A DNA stretch of 64,000 bases from a virus. The first letter of the stretch is position 1. Every line of letters starts with the position of its first letter. The notes under the pieces are model-generated. The model searched no databases. It worked only from the letters and a program-made list of their open reading frames with translations, and had not been told where the DNA came from. The stretch is taken from positions 16,763 to 80,762 of IMG/VR virus record IMGVR_UViG_3300032308_000833; one strand, written 5' to 3'. Positions 17,200 through 26,708 of this stretch are shown one piece after another. The position numbers were made by a program, and so were the translations under genes.

Positions 17200-17595
17200 A
17201 TGAATAACCAAAATCCAAACAAAAAAAGAAAACCTCGTATGAAAGGCCAAATTGGCGACTCTAAAATAACCTTTATTGAAAAGAACTATGATTGGGGCGT
17301 TTATGTTTGGAAAAGAGCCAATGGTAAGTGGTTCACTGATGGAGAGGGTAATATTTTAAATATACCAGCCGTAAAACACGATATTGCCGCTTTAGCCGAA
17401 ATAAAAAAGACAGCAGCATATTATGGAGAACCAGATGGAGAGGCTGTATTTTTTCCAGGTATGGGAAGAGTGTCAGACGAAGAGTATTCTGAACAAGTAG
17501 ATAGAATGAAAGCGGGATTAATCCCTAACCTTAATGATCTTGGTGCAGTAGCAGCAGCCAAAGCAACAATTGCAAAATATGGCGATGAAGAATAA
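17200..17595 (+). CDS. Hypothetical protein upstream of portal (likely leaderless)
   Basis: TGGTATACT at 17184-17192, then 7 nt, then ATG 17200, preferred over 17194. Confidence 0.6.
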   Translation: MNNQNPNKKRKPRMKGQIGDSKITFIEKNYDWGVYVWKRANGKWFTDGEGNILNIPAVKHDIAALAEIKKTAAYYGEPDGEAVFFPGMGRVSDEEYSEQVDRMKAGLIPNLNDLGAVAAAKATIAKYGDEE

Positions 17596-19190
17596 TGAGT
17601 GAAGAATTTAATTATGTTATTGGTGCTAGGATAGACGAAAACGAACAAGCAGTTAATGCATTTGCTAGTTCAGACCCATTTAGCAAAAACTGGGAAGAGT
17701 TAAAAAACTATTCTGGTTTGGATAATAACTTTAAACGTCGTGCAGCAAGAATGTCCAAGGCTCTAGTAGATACAACCCAACAATCTTATATTGACAGATC
17801 AATTGCAGTTCCACAAGGTATTGATGGTGCTCGCTCTAATCAGATAAATCCTGGTAACGTATTTAGAAATGGTTATGGACTATTTGACGTAATCACACCA
17901 CCATGGAATGTTTATGAACTTGCCAACTACTATGACACATCTTTTGCAAACCACGCTGCTATTGATGCTAAGGTTGAAAATATTGTAGGTTTGGGATATG
18001 ATTTTGATATATCAAAAAGAACAATGCTCAAATTAGAGAATTCCTCAAATGACGAATCAGTAAGTCGTGCAAGAAACAGAATTGAAAGAGCAAAAGTAGA
18101 GTTACGTGATTGGCTAGAAAGTTTAAACGCAGATGACTCTTTTACCACAACAATGGAAAAGATATACACAGATGTTCAAGCAATTGGTAATGGATATATG
18201 GAAATTGGTAGAACCACTCGTGGTGAAATTGGATACGTTGGTCATATTCCAGCAACCACAATGCGTTGTCGCAGATTAAGAGATGGATACGTACAGGTTA
18301 TTGCAAACAAGGTAGTTTACTTTAGAAACTTTGGTGCTACAAATTCAAACCCAGTAACTGAAGATCGTAGACCAAACGAAATTATTCATTTTAAACAATA
18401 CTCACCATTAAACACATTCTATGGTGTTCCAGACATTATTTCAGCAATATCATCTCTACATGGTGATCAACTGGCTTCACAATACAACATTGACTACTTT
18501 GGTAACAAAGCAGTTCCAAGATACGTAGTAACCATGAAAGGTGCCAAACTATCTGCAGACGCAGAAGACAAGATGTTTAGATTTTTACAAACTGGATTAA
18601 AGGGTCAAAACCATAGAACTTTGTACATACCTCTTCCTGGAGATACAGAAAATAACAAGGTAGAGTTTAAGATGGAGCCTATTGAATCTGGAGTACAAGA
18701 GGGGTCATTTAAGGAATATAGAAAACAAAACCGTGATGACATCTTGGTAGCACATCAAGTACCGCTTTCAAAACTAGGTGGATCAGACTCAGGAGCAATT
18801 GCAGCAGCATTGGCTCAAGATAGAACATTTAAAGAGCAGGTAGCCAGACCAGCACAGGCTCAACTAGAAAAACAAATTAATAAGATCATACGCGAGAAAC
18901 AAGACGTACTAGAGTTTAAGTTTAATGAACTTACTTTGACAGATGAAATAGCACAATCACAAATTCTTGAGAGATATGTAAAAACACAGATTATGATGCC
19001 TAATGAGGCAAGAGTGGCACTGGGTCTTCCACAAAGAGACGGTGGAGATGAACCATTTGTAGCCAAACCAGAGACTATGAATAATGATGCCAATCGTGCA
19101 AGAGATGGCGAAAGACTTAACAATCAGTCAGATGGATCTGCAACTGTAAGTGGTAGAAATCCAAAGGGCGAGGGTAGATCTTCAACCTAG
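17595..19190 (+). CDS. Portal protein
   Basis: GNGYMEI.R, HIPA.TMR, EIIHFK.Y.P...YGVPD, YF.N.AVP, I..AH.VP..., M.PNEAR..LGLP..GGD. Confidence 0.92.
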   Translation: MSEEFNYVIGARIDENEQAVNAFASSDPFSKNWEELKNYSGLDNNFKRRAARMSKALVDTTQQSYIDRSIAVPQGIDGARSNQINPGNVFRNGYGLFDVITPPWNVYELANYYDTSFANHAAIDAKVENIVGLGYDFDISKRTMLKLENSSNDESVSRARNRIERAKVELRDWLESLNADDSFTTTMEKIYTDVQAIGNGYMEIGRTTRGEIGYVGHIPATTMRCRRLRDGYVQVIANKVVYFRNFGATNSNPVTEDRRPNEIIHFKQYSPLNTFYGVPDIISAISSLHGDQLASQYNIDYFGNKAVPRYVVTMKGAKLSADAEDKMFRFLQTGLKGQNHRTLYIPLPGDTENNKVEFKMEPIESGVQEGSFKEYRKQNRDDILVAHQVPLSKLGGSDSGAIAAALAQDRTFKEQVARPAQAQLEKQINKIIREKQDVLEFKFNELTLTDEIAQSQILERYVKTQIMMPNEARVALGLPQRDGGDEPFVAKPETMNNDANRARDGERLNNQSDGSATVSGRNPKGEGRSST

Positions 19191-19196
19191 TTACAC

Positions 19197-19228
19197 TGTT
19201 TATAACATGTTTATAACTTGTGTATAAA
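19197..19228 (+). promoter_or_regulatory. Three 11-bp-phased direct repeats TGT(T/G)TATAA upstream of the protease/capsid operon
   Basis: tgtttataac-a-tgtttataac-t-tgtgtataaa, followed by TATAAT at 19236-19241. Confidence 0.5.
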
Positions 19229-19239
19229 AGGGCTCTATA

Positions 19240-20568
19240 ATGTATAGTACGATGTCTATATTAAAAGCCCAATGGAATACTGAAGGCGAGAATGTTCGCC
19301 TATCTATGCCTTTTAGTAAGGTAGATAAAGAACGCCGCATTGTTTCAGGCTTTGCCTCATTAGATAACTTAGATCGTCAAATGGACATTGTAACTACAGA
19401 AGCCAGCATGAAGGCATTTGAAAACTTTCGAGGTAACATAAGAGAAATGCATCAACCATTAGCAGTAGGCAAAATGGTTTCATTTAAGCAAGACAAGTAT
19501 TTTGATTCAGAGTCAAAGAAATTTTATAACGGTGTTTTTGTTTCCGCTTATGTTTCTAAAGGTGCTCAAAGCACATGGGAAAAGGTTTTGGATGGTACAC
19601 TAACAGGTTTTTCTATTGGTGGCAGAATGAACAAATGGGACGACGCTTTTGATGAGAAGTTAGATTCTCAAATTAGAATTATTAAAGATTACGATCTTGT
19701 TGAATTAAGTCTTGTAGACTCTCCAGCAAATGAATTTGCAAACATTATGTCTGTTGAAAAAGTAGACGGAGTTTCAGTAATTAAAGGTGATAATACAGCC
19801 TTAGAAAATGTTTTTTGGGATTCAGAAACTGGAATTGTTATGGTTTCAGAAAATGAAAAAGAGATCAGTCCAACAACTGGTAATGAAATGAAAAATATAG
19901 GATTCGTTGAAAAAACGGATAATGAAAAAATCAATATGATAAAGTTCTTAGTCGATAGTGCTAAAGGCATTACCACTTCTAAGATTACCAAGGAGGTAAG
20001 TCCTATGACAGAAACAACAGAAGTAGTAGCAGAGATTGTTGAAAAATCTGATATTGCAGTTGAAAATGTTGAGGTTGCTCCAGAGGCAGATGCCGTAGTT
20101 GATGCTCCTGTTACAGAAGTTGTTGCAGAAGATGCACCAGCAGCGGAAACAGTTGTGGAAGCAGAAAAAGCAGACACAGTTGAAGCAGTAGCAGAAGTTA
20201 TTGAAGAAGTTGCTACAGAAGTATCTAAAGCAGACGATGTTATTGTTGAGGCAGTAACAGAAGTTAAGAATACTCTTACATCAGCCTTTAGCGATCTACT
20301 TGCAACAGTAAAGTCTTTACAGACAGAAGTTGCAGATTTAAACAAACAAGTTGCTGACACAAAGTCACAAATTGTTAATACACAAAATGCACTAGTTGAA
20401 ACAAACGGTGCAGTTAACGAGTTTGGAAAGAGAATGGAATCAGTAGAATCTGATACCGCTTTCCGAAAGTCTGGCGATCTCGGCGAGGTCGTACAGTTAC
20501 AACCAGTAATGGTTGAGAAATCCCTATGGGGCGGACGTTTCCTCAAAACAGCCGATCTATTCAGATAG
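19240..20568 (+). CDS. Prohead protease (HK97-like) fused to an acidic coiled-coil scaffold
   Basis: RIVSGFAS...D.Q.D; IREMH; GFSIGG; ELSLVDSPAN; Glu/Val/Ala-rich C-terminal half. Start could be 19252. Confidence 0.88.
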   Translation: MYSTMSILKAQWNTEGENVRLSMPFSKVDKERRIVSGFASLDNLDRQMDIVTTEASMKAFENFRGNIREMHQPLAVGKMVSFKQDKYFDSESKKFYNGVFVSAYVSKGAQSTWEKVLDGTLTGFSIGGRMNKWDDAFDEKLDSQIRIIKDYDLVELSLVDSPANEFANIMSVEKVDGVSVIKGDNTALENVFWDSETGIVMVSENEKEISPTTGNEMKNIGFVEKTDNEKINMIKFLVDSAKGITTSKITKEVSPMTETTEVVAEIVEKSDIAVENVEVAPEADAVVDAPVTEVVAEDAPAAETVVEAEKADTVEAVAEVIEEVATEVSKADDVIVEAVTEVKNTLTSAFSDLLATVKSLQTEVADLNKQVADTKSQIVNTQNALVETNGAVNEFGKRMESVESDTAFRKSGDLGEVVQLQPVMVEKSLWGGRFLKTADLFR

Positions 20569-20592
20569 AAAAATCACGTGGAGGTGAAATAT

Positions 20593-21741
20593 ATGTCGGA
20601 AGAAATAATTAAAAATCAGCCAGGAACATCAGGCGATCTAGGTGGAACACAACCTGGAACGTTTCAAGCACAAGGTGCATTCGCATCTGGTTCTGATGCT
20701 GGTGAAAACGTAGCAGGCAACTATGCAAACGGTGGTGTTATAGGTAACATCGCAGAAGCATCATTTGGCTCTACATCAGGAGTTAACGCAGTAAATCCTT
20801 CAGGTGATACTGGAAGCGGTATCTTACGCCCTGAACAAGCACGTCGTTTTATAGACTATGTGTGGGACGCAACTGTATTGGCCAAAGATGGTCGCAGAGT
20901 GACCATGAAAGCAAACACAATGGAACTTGAAAAAGTTAACGTTGGAGAACGTGTAATCCGTGCAGCCTCACAAGGCTTAGGCGAATACACAAACGCTGGT
21001 GCAACATTCTCAAAAGTTGAATTAACTACAAAGAAAATTCGCTTAGACTGGGAAGTATCATCAGAAGCACTTGAAGACAATATTGAAGGTGCAGCATTGG
21101 AAGATCATATCGTAAGATTGATGACCAACGCATTCGGTAATGATATCGAAGACCTTGCAATTAACGGAACAGGTACAGGTTCAAATGCTTTCACTAGCAT
21201 CATGAACGGTTTCGTAAATCAAGTAACAGCGAACAACTCAGCATCTCACGAAGCAGTTGCCAACGTTGTATCAAATGCTTGGACAACAAACGTATTGCAA
21301 GACATAATTCTTGCAATGCCACGTAAGTACCGTGCACTTAAGAATAATCTTAAGTTCTACGCAGGTACAGACGTTTTCCAAGGTATTGTTAAAAACAATG
21401 GTACTCTTGCCGATGCTATTGCCGAAGCCTTTGTAAATAAAGGTCCAGGTACAGAAGCAAATCGTCAAGCATACCTTGATGGTAACGCACAAACATTCGG
21501 AGGAGCACGTACAACACGTGTACTCGGAATTGATGTTCAAGAAGTTCCTTACTACCCTGCAGGATATGTCGATTTGACATTCCCTGCTAACCGTGTATGG
21601 GGTTTCCAACGAGACATCACAGTTAACCGTGAATACAAACCTAAGAAAGATACTGTAGAATATACAGTTTTCGTTCGTTTTGGTATTCAATGGGAAGAAC
21701 TAGACGCAGTCGCATTTGCGGATGCAGCAGCAGAAGCATAA
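20593..21741 (+). CDS. Major capsid protein
   Basis: GILRPEQARRFID; ELTTKK.RLDWEVS.E.LEDNIEG; D.EDLAING; GAGGTG SD before ATG 20593; strong codon bias; follows the protease gene. Confidence 0.92.
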   Translation: MSEEIIKNQPGTSGDLGGTQPGTFQAQGAFASGSDAGENVAGNYANGGVIGNIAEASFGSTSGVNAVNPSGDTGSGILRPEQARRFIDYVWDATVLAKDGRRVTMKANTMELEKVNVGERVIRAASQGLGEYTNAGATFSKVELTTKKIRLDWEVSSEALEDNIEGAALEDHIVRLMTNAFGNDIEDLAINGTGTGSNAFTSIMNGFVNQVTANNSASHEAVANVVSNAWTTNVLQDIILAMPRKYRALKNNLKFYAGTDVFQGIVKNNGTLADAIAEAFVNKGPGTEANRQAYLDGNAQTFGGARTTRVLGIDVQEVPYYPAGYVDLTFPANRVWGFQRDITVNREYKPKKDTVEYTVFVRFGIQWEELDAVAFADAAAEA

Positions 21742-21757
21742 TCTGTAGCACAATTTT

Positions 21758-21796
21758 AAGGGGAGTAGGATTAATTTCTTACTCCCTTTAATATTT
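21758..21796 (+). terminator. Intrinsic terminator after MCP
   Basis: AAGGGGAGTAGGA-ttaatt-TCTTACTCCCTTT stem-loop followed by an AT-rich tail. Confidence 0.7.
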
Positions 21797-21829
21797 AATT
21801 AAATGATATAATAATACGAGGAGGAATAT

Positions 21830-22270
21830 ATGTCAGAATTAGACAACGATTTAAATTTACAAACACCAGAAACAGTTGAAGAAAATGTTATTCAAGACGC
21901 AATTGTTGAAGATGTTGTAGAAGAAGTTATAGAAGAAATCCAACCAGCATTGTTAGCCCCAGGCGAAGCATTAATTCCAGAAGACAAAAAAGAAGCAGTT
22001 GAAGACCTTGTTGAGGGACTTGCTCCATTATCAACTGGTGCTATTGGTGTTGGAAAGCAACCAAGAACTAAAAAAGAAAAACCTGCTGAACCTAAACAAG
22101 GTAAAGAAAAAGTTGCCATTAAGTCAACTAAGAACGTATCCTGGATGGGTGTAGGCCAAGTAAAAGTTGGTATCAACTACGTATCTGCAGAGCAAGCAAA
22201 AGAATGGTCAAAACGTAATCATATTACAATTTTGAAACCAGAAGACGTTGCAAAGGAATACGGCTTATAA
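21830..22270 (+). CDS. Hypothetical protein (head-associated?)
   Basis: GAGGAGG SD; promoter TGATATAAT at 21804-21812; acidic N-terminus. Confidence 0.6.
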   Translation: MSELDNDLNLQTPETVEENVIQDAIVEDVVEEVIEEIQPALLAPGEALIPEDKKEAVEDLVEGLAPLSTGAIGVGKQPRTKKEKPAEPKQGKEKVAIKSTKNVSWMGVGQVKVGINYVSAEQAKEWSKRNHITILKPEDVAKEYGL

Positions 22271-22273
22271 ACA

Positions 22274-23185
22274 ATGGAAGCATTAAGGGTTCCACCATAC
22301 CCACTAACACTAAAGTTTGATGTCCCAACAAGTGGAGATATCTACACTCTTAGATTACAGGATTTGGTGGAACACTTTGTTGAAGAATCAAATATAACTT
22401 CAGCAAACTTACAAATAACATATGTAATACCATTATCAAAAATAGAATTTGACAGAAAATATGAAGTTAAGATTTTAAATTCAGATGAAGAAGTAGTGTT
22501 TGAAGATAATTTAGACATAGTAAGACCATATACTGACCCTAATAAACTTGGAACTACCGCTTCAGAAATAACAGAAGCAAAATATAACGAACTTATTGCA
22601 AGATCAATTATTGACTCATTCGTTGTTGATGGTTTTTATAATCAAAAAGTTATTGTTCAAACAGTTGGAGAAGGATTAGATTATATACCTTTGTGGGTAA
22701 ATGCTTACAAGGTATTGAGAGTTTATGAAAACGATGTTTTAATTTTTGATGTTGATGAAGAAACAAACGATAGATATTTTAAATTATCATTAGATAACTC
22801 TGCTGTACAAGAATATATTCCCAATTCAACAGAATCATTAAATAGATTAGAAAAAACGCTACCAAATCTTCCAGTATCGTACGGTGATTTAGGTTATTAT
22901 GGTTGGGACACTGTTACTTTTCCTACAGGATATGACTATACATTAGTTCTAGATGCTGGATATAAAACAGTTCCATCAGATATTCAAGCAGCAACAGAAA
23001 TGTTAATTAATGATATTAAATGTGGAAGACTTGATCAATATAAAAGATATGTTGAAGAATATCAAACAGACCAGTACAAGGTTAAGTTTAATGCTAGTAA
23101 ATTATTTAGCGGTACAGGTAATATTATAGTTGATCAAATACTATCAAAATATACTAAGAACATTACTAGACTAGGAATACTATGA
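22274..23185 (+). CDS. Head-tail connector/adaptor
   Basis: ARSIIDS; AGYKTVPSDIQAATEMLI; VDQILSKY; synteny. Confidence 0.7.
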   Translation: MEALRVPPYPLTLKFDVPTSGDIYTLRLQDLVEHFVEESNITSANLQITYVIPLSKIEFDRKYEVKILNSDEEVVFEDNLDIVRPYTDPNKLGTTASEITEAKYNELIARSIIDSFVVDGFYNQKVIVQTVGEGLDYIPLWVNAYKVLRVYENDVLIFDVDEETNDRYFKLSLDNSAVQEYIPNSTESLNRLEKTLPNLPVSYGDLGYYGWDTVTFPTGYDYTLVLDAGYKTVPSDIQAATEMLINDIKCGRLDQYKRYVEEYQTDQYKVKFNASKLFSGTGNIIVDQILSKYTKNITRLGIL

Positions 23186-23631
23186 CATGTTTAGACGACA
23201 ACTTTTTATATCCTATGACAGCAGAAGTGTATTATTCATCAGTTGAGCAAGGTCAGTACGGTAATATTAAAAAGCAATGGTCAAAATTTAAAGATATAAA
23301 ATGTTACTTTGCATCTGGCAACCTTAGAAATAAAGAAGAGCAACAAGTACAAAATGTAGCAATTGTTTTTGACACAGTTTTGAGCGGTAGAGTTCCAACA
23401 GATATTAGATTTGATGATATGAATGGTGGAATTGCATTAACTAATCTTATTATAACAAATATATCAGATGGAGAAGGTAACCCTATATATGTTGAAACAG
23501 GTGGGGTTCGTGCTGGTAAATCAAGTCTTTTTGAAATTGCGACACTAAGCCCATACTCTGGTTTGTTTGGAAAAACAGAATACTATAAAATTGTAATTAA
23601 AAGGTCTGATAGTCAGGCGATAGATTTATGA
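23182..23631 (+). CDS. Head closure (stopper) protein, putative
   Basis: Synteny after the adaptor; size and GQYGN.KKQW motif. Confidence 0.55.
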   Translation: MTCLDDNFLYPMTAEVYYSSVEQGQYGNIKKQWSKFKDIKCYFASGNLRNKEEQQVQNVAIVFDTVLSGRVPTDIRFDDMNGGIALTNLIITNISDGEGNPIYVETGGVRAGKSSLFEIATLSPYSGLFGKTEYYKIVIKRSDSQAIDL

Positions 23632-24296
23632 TAAGATTTGATACAAGACAGTTTAAAAAAGATATGGACAATATTGTAAAATACTCTATGGGATTTTTAG
23701 AAGGAGTTGAGGGTGGCAAAAAGTTATTTTTAAATAATCTTGGAAAACAAACTATAGAGGTTTTAAAACAATTTGTTGACACAAACGCTAGGATAGATCC
23801 AGCAGCATTGCAACATGTTTATGAGTGGTATAAATCTGGAAGTCCAGAATCAAGATTATTTGATATACAATATACTGTTAGTGGATTAGGATTATCAGTA
23901 ATGTCAACATTTACACAATCATCTCAAGTAAGAAATGGATCCACAGAACCTTTTTATAACAAAGCAAGAATAATGGAAAAGGGTGTGCCAGTTGTAATCA
24001 AACCTAAAAAATCACCTGTGCTGGTTTTTGAACAAGATGGAGAAACAGTGTTTACTAGAAATGCAGTTACCGTAAACAGTCCTGGTGGAGAAGATGCACA
24101 AGGTAGTTTTGAGTCAATCATAGATATGTTTTTTCTACAATATTTTAAACAATCATTTTTAAAAGCATCTGGTCTATATGATTATATAAAAAGACCACAA
24201 GTATTTAAAACTAATATGGCAGCAGGAAAACGTAGTGGTAAAGGTGTCGGATATTCAACTGGATATAAATGGATTTCTAATGCGGTGATTGCATAA
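23628..24296 (+). CDS. Neck/tail completion protein, putative
   Basis: Synteny; IMEKG.PVVIKPK...LVFE motif. Confidence 0.5.
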   Translation: MIRFDTRQFKKDMDNIVKYSMGFLEGVEGGKKLFLNNLGKQTIEVLKQFVDTNARIDPAALQHVYEWYKSGSPESRLFDIQYTVSGLGLSVMSTFTQSSQVRNGSTEPFYNKARIMEKGVPVVIKPKKSPVLVFEQDGETVFTRNAVTVNSPGGEDAQGSFESIIDMFFLQYFKQSFLKASGLYDYIKRPQVFKTNMAAGKRSGKGVGYSTGYKWISNAVIA

Positions 24297-24829
24297 TGGC
24301 TGCCACAATACATCATCCACCTTCACTAATTAATGCTTATTTACAAAATAAGATTAGTGAGTTTTTTGGTCAAGATTTTACTATACCGTTTTTTCCTACT
24401 AGCCCAACAGACATTGCTGCTCTGACTGAATCATTTCCAAACTCTGAAGGAACATTTGCAGTATATGACAGAATGTTTAGAATGAATAGAAAGACATTTC
24501 CTCACATATATTGTGAACAAATAATGTACTATTTTTATAACTTTGGTGACGACGCAGTTGAAAGAACAATCATTATAAGTCAAAAAATTCAAGATCTCTT
24601 AAACGCACTGGATGAGTCTGCAGTTGATATAAATAAATGGATAAGGGATAACCAAGAAACAGAAATCCCTGGCCCAAACATAGCACTTAAGGATATGTCC
24701 CTTCCTCTATATTTTCACACCTTTAAAACCTACCAACTTCAAGAGACTAGAGACATCATAGACTTTGGAACAGCCAGAACCTTTGCGGGAAACAAGATTA
24801 TCTTAGATTATGACTGGCACAAGGGTTAA
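24296..24829 (+). CDS. Tail terminator protein, putative
   Basis: Position immediately before the tail tube gene; size. Confidence 0.5.
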   Translation: MAATIHHPPSLINAYLQNKISEFFGQDFTIPFFPTSPTDIAALTESFPNSEGTFAVYDRMFRMNRKTFPHIYCEQIMYYFYNFGDDAVERTIIISQKIQDLLNALDESAVDINKWIRDNQETEIPGPNIALKDMSLPLYFHTFKTYQLQETRDIIDFGTARTFAGNKIILDYDWHKG

Positions 24830-24911
24830 CAAAATGGTGTTATACTTGACCTTGAGGAAACATCGCTTTACAACTAAATAAGAAAACCCTTTACAAGGAG
24901 AGGTGAAATAA

Positions 24912-25562
24912 ATGGCATATTCTCGTGGATCGTCCAACAACATTATCGTTGGTGCAGCCGCACTGTTTACATATAATGACGGTGCTTTAGCACAAGCAAT
25001 CGGTACTGCAGGTGGACCACTACCAGCATTTGAAGCAGCAACATCATACAAAGATACTTTGGCTGATGACGTTGACTTCACAAACGTAGGTTATACCAGC
25101 AATGGTATCGAACTTACATTCCAACCGTCTTTCGGTGAAGTTCAAGTTGATCAAGTTCTTGACGTTGCTCGTCTTTTCAAAGACGGCATGCAAGTATCTT
25201 TGGCAACATCATTTGCAGAAGCAACACTAGAAAACCTTCTAGTGGCAGTAGCAGCAAACGTAAATGATTTGGACGACTTAGCAACATCAACAGGTATTGG
25301 ATCAGGAAGCCAAAGTTTCGACATCAACTCAGGTGAATTAGGCGACGTTCCTCTAGAACGTGGTATAGTAGCCGTTGGTCCAGGAACTGGTGACCCATCA
25401 GTAGATAAGGAACGTATCTATATTGGATACCGTGCTTTGTCAATCGAAAACGTAGTAGCATCAGCAAAACGTGATGCAGCATCTATGTTTGACGTAACTT
25501 TCCGTATGTTGCCGTTAGATGACGGTATGTATGGTAAGATTGTTGATCGTACAATTGCTTAG
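24912..25562 (+). CDS. Major tail (tube) protein
   Basis: NIIVGAA, VGYTSNGIEL, V.VDQ, EATLENL, F.VTFR; own promoter TGTTATACT (24838-24846), strong SD and terminator. Confidence 0.85.
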   Translation: MAYSRGSSNNIIVGAAALFTYNDGALAQAIGTAGGPLPAFEAATSYKDTLADDVDFTNVGYTSNGIELTFQPSFGEVQVDQVLDVARLFKDGMQVSLATSFAEATLENLLVAVAANVNDLDDLATSTGIGSGSQSFDINSGELGDVPLERGIVAVGPGTGDPSVDKERIYIGYRALSIENVVASAKRDAASMFDVTFRMLPLDDGMYGKIVDRTIA

Positions 25563-25581
25563 TAAGTAATTTTACAAGATT

Positions 25582-25613
25582 AGCCCACCCATAAAACGGT
25601 GGGCTTTTCTATT
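25582..25613 (+). terminator. Intrinsic terminator after the tail tube gene
   Basis: AGCCCACC-cataaaac-GGTGGGCT followed by TTTCTATT. Confidence 0.8.
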
Positions 25614-25628
25614 TGATATAATGGTTTA

Positions 25629-26312
25629 ATGGCCACAAAAGTTTATGAAGAAAATGTTATAGAATTAATCGACGGTACAGAAATAACAGTTGGCCCATCA
25701 AAAATAAAATATCTAAGAGGTATATTAGACAGTTTTAATAAAATAAATAAAGATAGCACAGAAGATGAAGCCATAGAGATGATGGTTGAGTCTGTTAGAA
25801 TTGCAATGCAAGAGTTTTATCCATCTATTTCTGATTCAGTAGAACTGATAGAAGATAACTTAGATATAAAAACAGTATATAAGGTTTTGGAATATTGTGC
25901 TGGAATAAAGATAAATATCGACCAAGAAGAGACTGTTGAGAATCAAGCAAAGTCTCAAAGCGATGGATCAAACTGGCAAGACCTAGATCTTGTAAAGTTA
26001 GAGTCTGAGGCTTTTTTAATAGGTGCTTGGAAGAACTTTGACGATTTAGAAAACTCTATATCAATGCCAGAATTAATATCTTTATTAGAAGTAAAAAGAG
26101 AATTAGATTATGGTGATAAAAAATTTGCGGCGGCAATGCAAGGAGTAGATCTTGATAAAGACAAAAATGATAATGCCTGGGAAGATATGAAAAAAAGAGT
26201 ATTATATAAAGGAAAAGATGCAAATGATATAACAAACCTTCGTGGAGCAAGAGCCCAGAAAGCAGGGTTTGGCATTGGAAATGGTTTGGGGTATGAAGAG
26301 GTTGTTGGTTAA
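25629..26312 (+). CDS. Tail assembly chaperone, long (G-T-like) form
   Basis: Lies between tube and tape measure genes; N-terminal ~95 aa are paralogous to 26363..26683; leaderless (TGATATAAT at 25614-25622, then 6 nt). Confidence 0.7.
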   Translation: MATKVYEENVIELIDGTEITVGPSKIKYLRGILDSFNKINKDSTEDEAIEMMVESVRIAMQEFYPSISDSVELIEDNLDIKTVYKVLEYCAGIKINIDQEETVENQAKSQSDGSNWQDLDLVKLESEAFLIGAWKNFDDLENSISMPELISLLEVKRELDYGDKKFAAAMQGVDLDKDKNDNAWEDMKKRVLYKGKDANDITNLRGARAQKAGFGIGNGLGYEEVVG

Positions 26313-26362
26313 AATATAGGTCCTCTGTGATATAATTAAGGTTAACCTTATAAGGAGGAAAA

Positions 26363-26683
26363 ATGGCAACTACTGTTAACGAAGAAAAAACAGTTACGCT
26401 TATTGACGGCACAAAAATCAAAGTAAGACCACTGAAAATTTCTCTCCTACGTCCTTTCATGAAGAAATTCGAAGGTGTAGCAGCGGTCGCAGAAGATAAC
26501 GAAAAATCAATGAACATATTAATGGAATGTATTCAAATTGCAATGAAACAATACAAACCAGAACTTGCAGAAGACTTAGCAGCGTTAGAAGAAAATATGG
26601 ATCTTCCAACGGTATATCAGATTATAGAAGAAGCATCTGGAGTTAAATTAGCAGATGCAGCACTTCTTAATAATCTACCATAA
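26363..26683 (+). CDS. Tail assembly chaperone, short (G-like) form
   Basis: MAT.V.EE..(L)IDGT.I.V.P.KI..LR...IAM...P...E.N.D..TVY...E...G.K shared with the upstream gene; own promoter (26328-26336) and AAGGAGG SD. Confidence 0.7.
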   Translation: MATTVNEEKTVTLIDGTKIKVRPLKISLLRPFMKKFEGVAAVAEDNEKSMNILMECIQIAMKQYKPELAEDLAALEENMDLPTVYQIIEEASGVKLADAALLNNLP

Positions 26684-26708
26684 AAACTAAATAAAGAGGT
26701 ACTAATGA

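Noticed and set aside
19689-20546. 285-aa antisense ORF rich in Ser/Thr/Ala
   Set aside because: Mirror of the GAA/GCA/GTT-biased scaffold region. The other short antisense and alternate-frame ORFs in the track were dismissed for the same reason.
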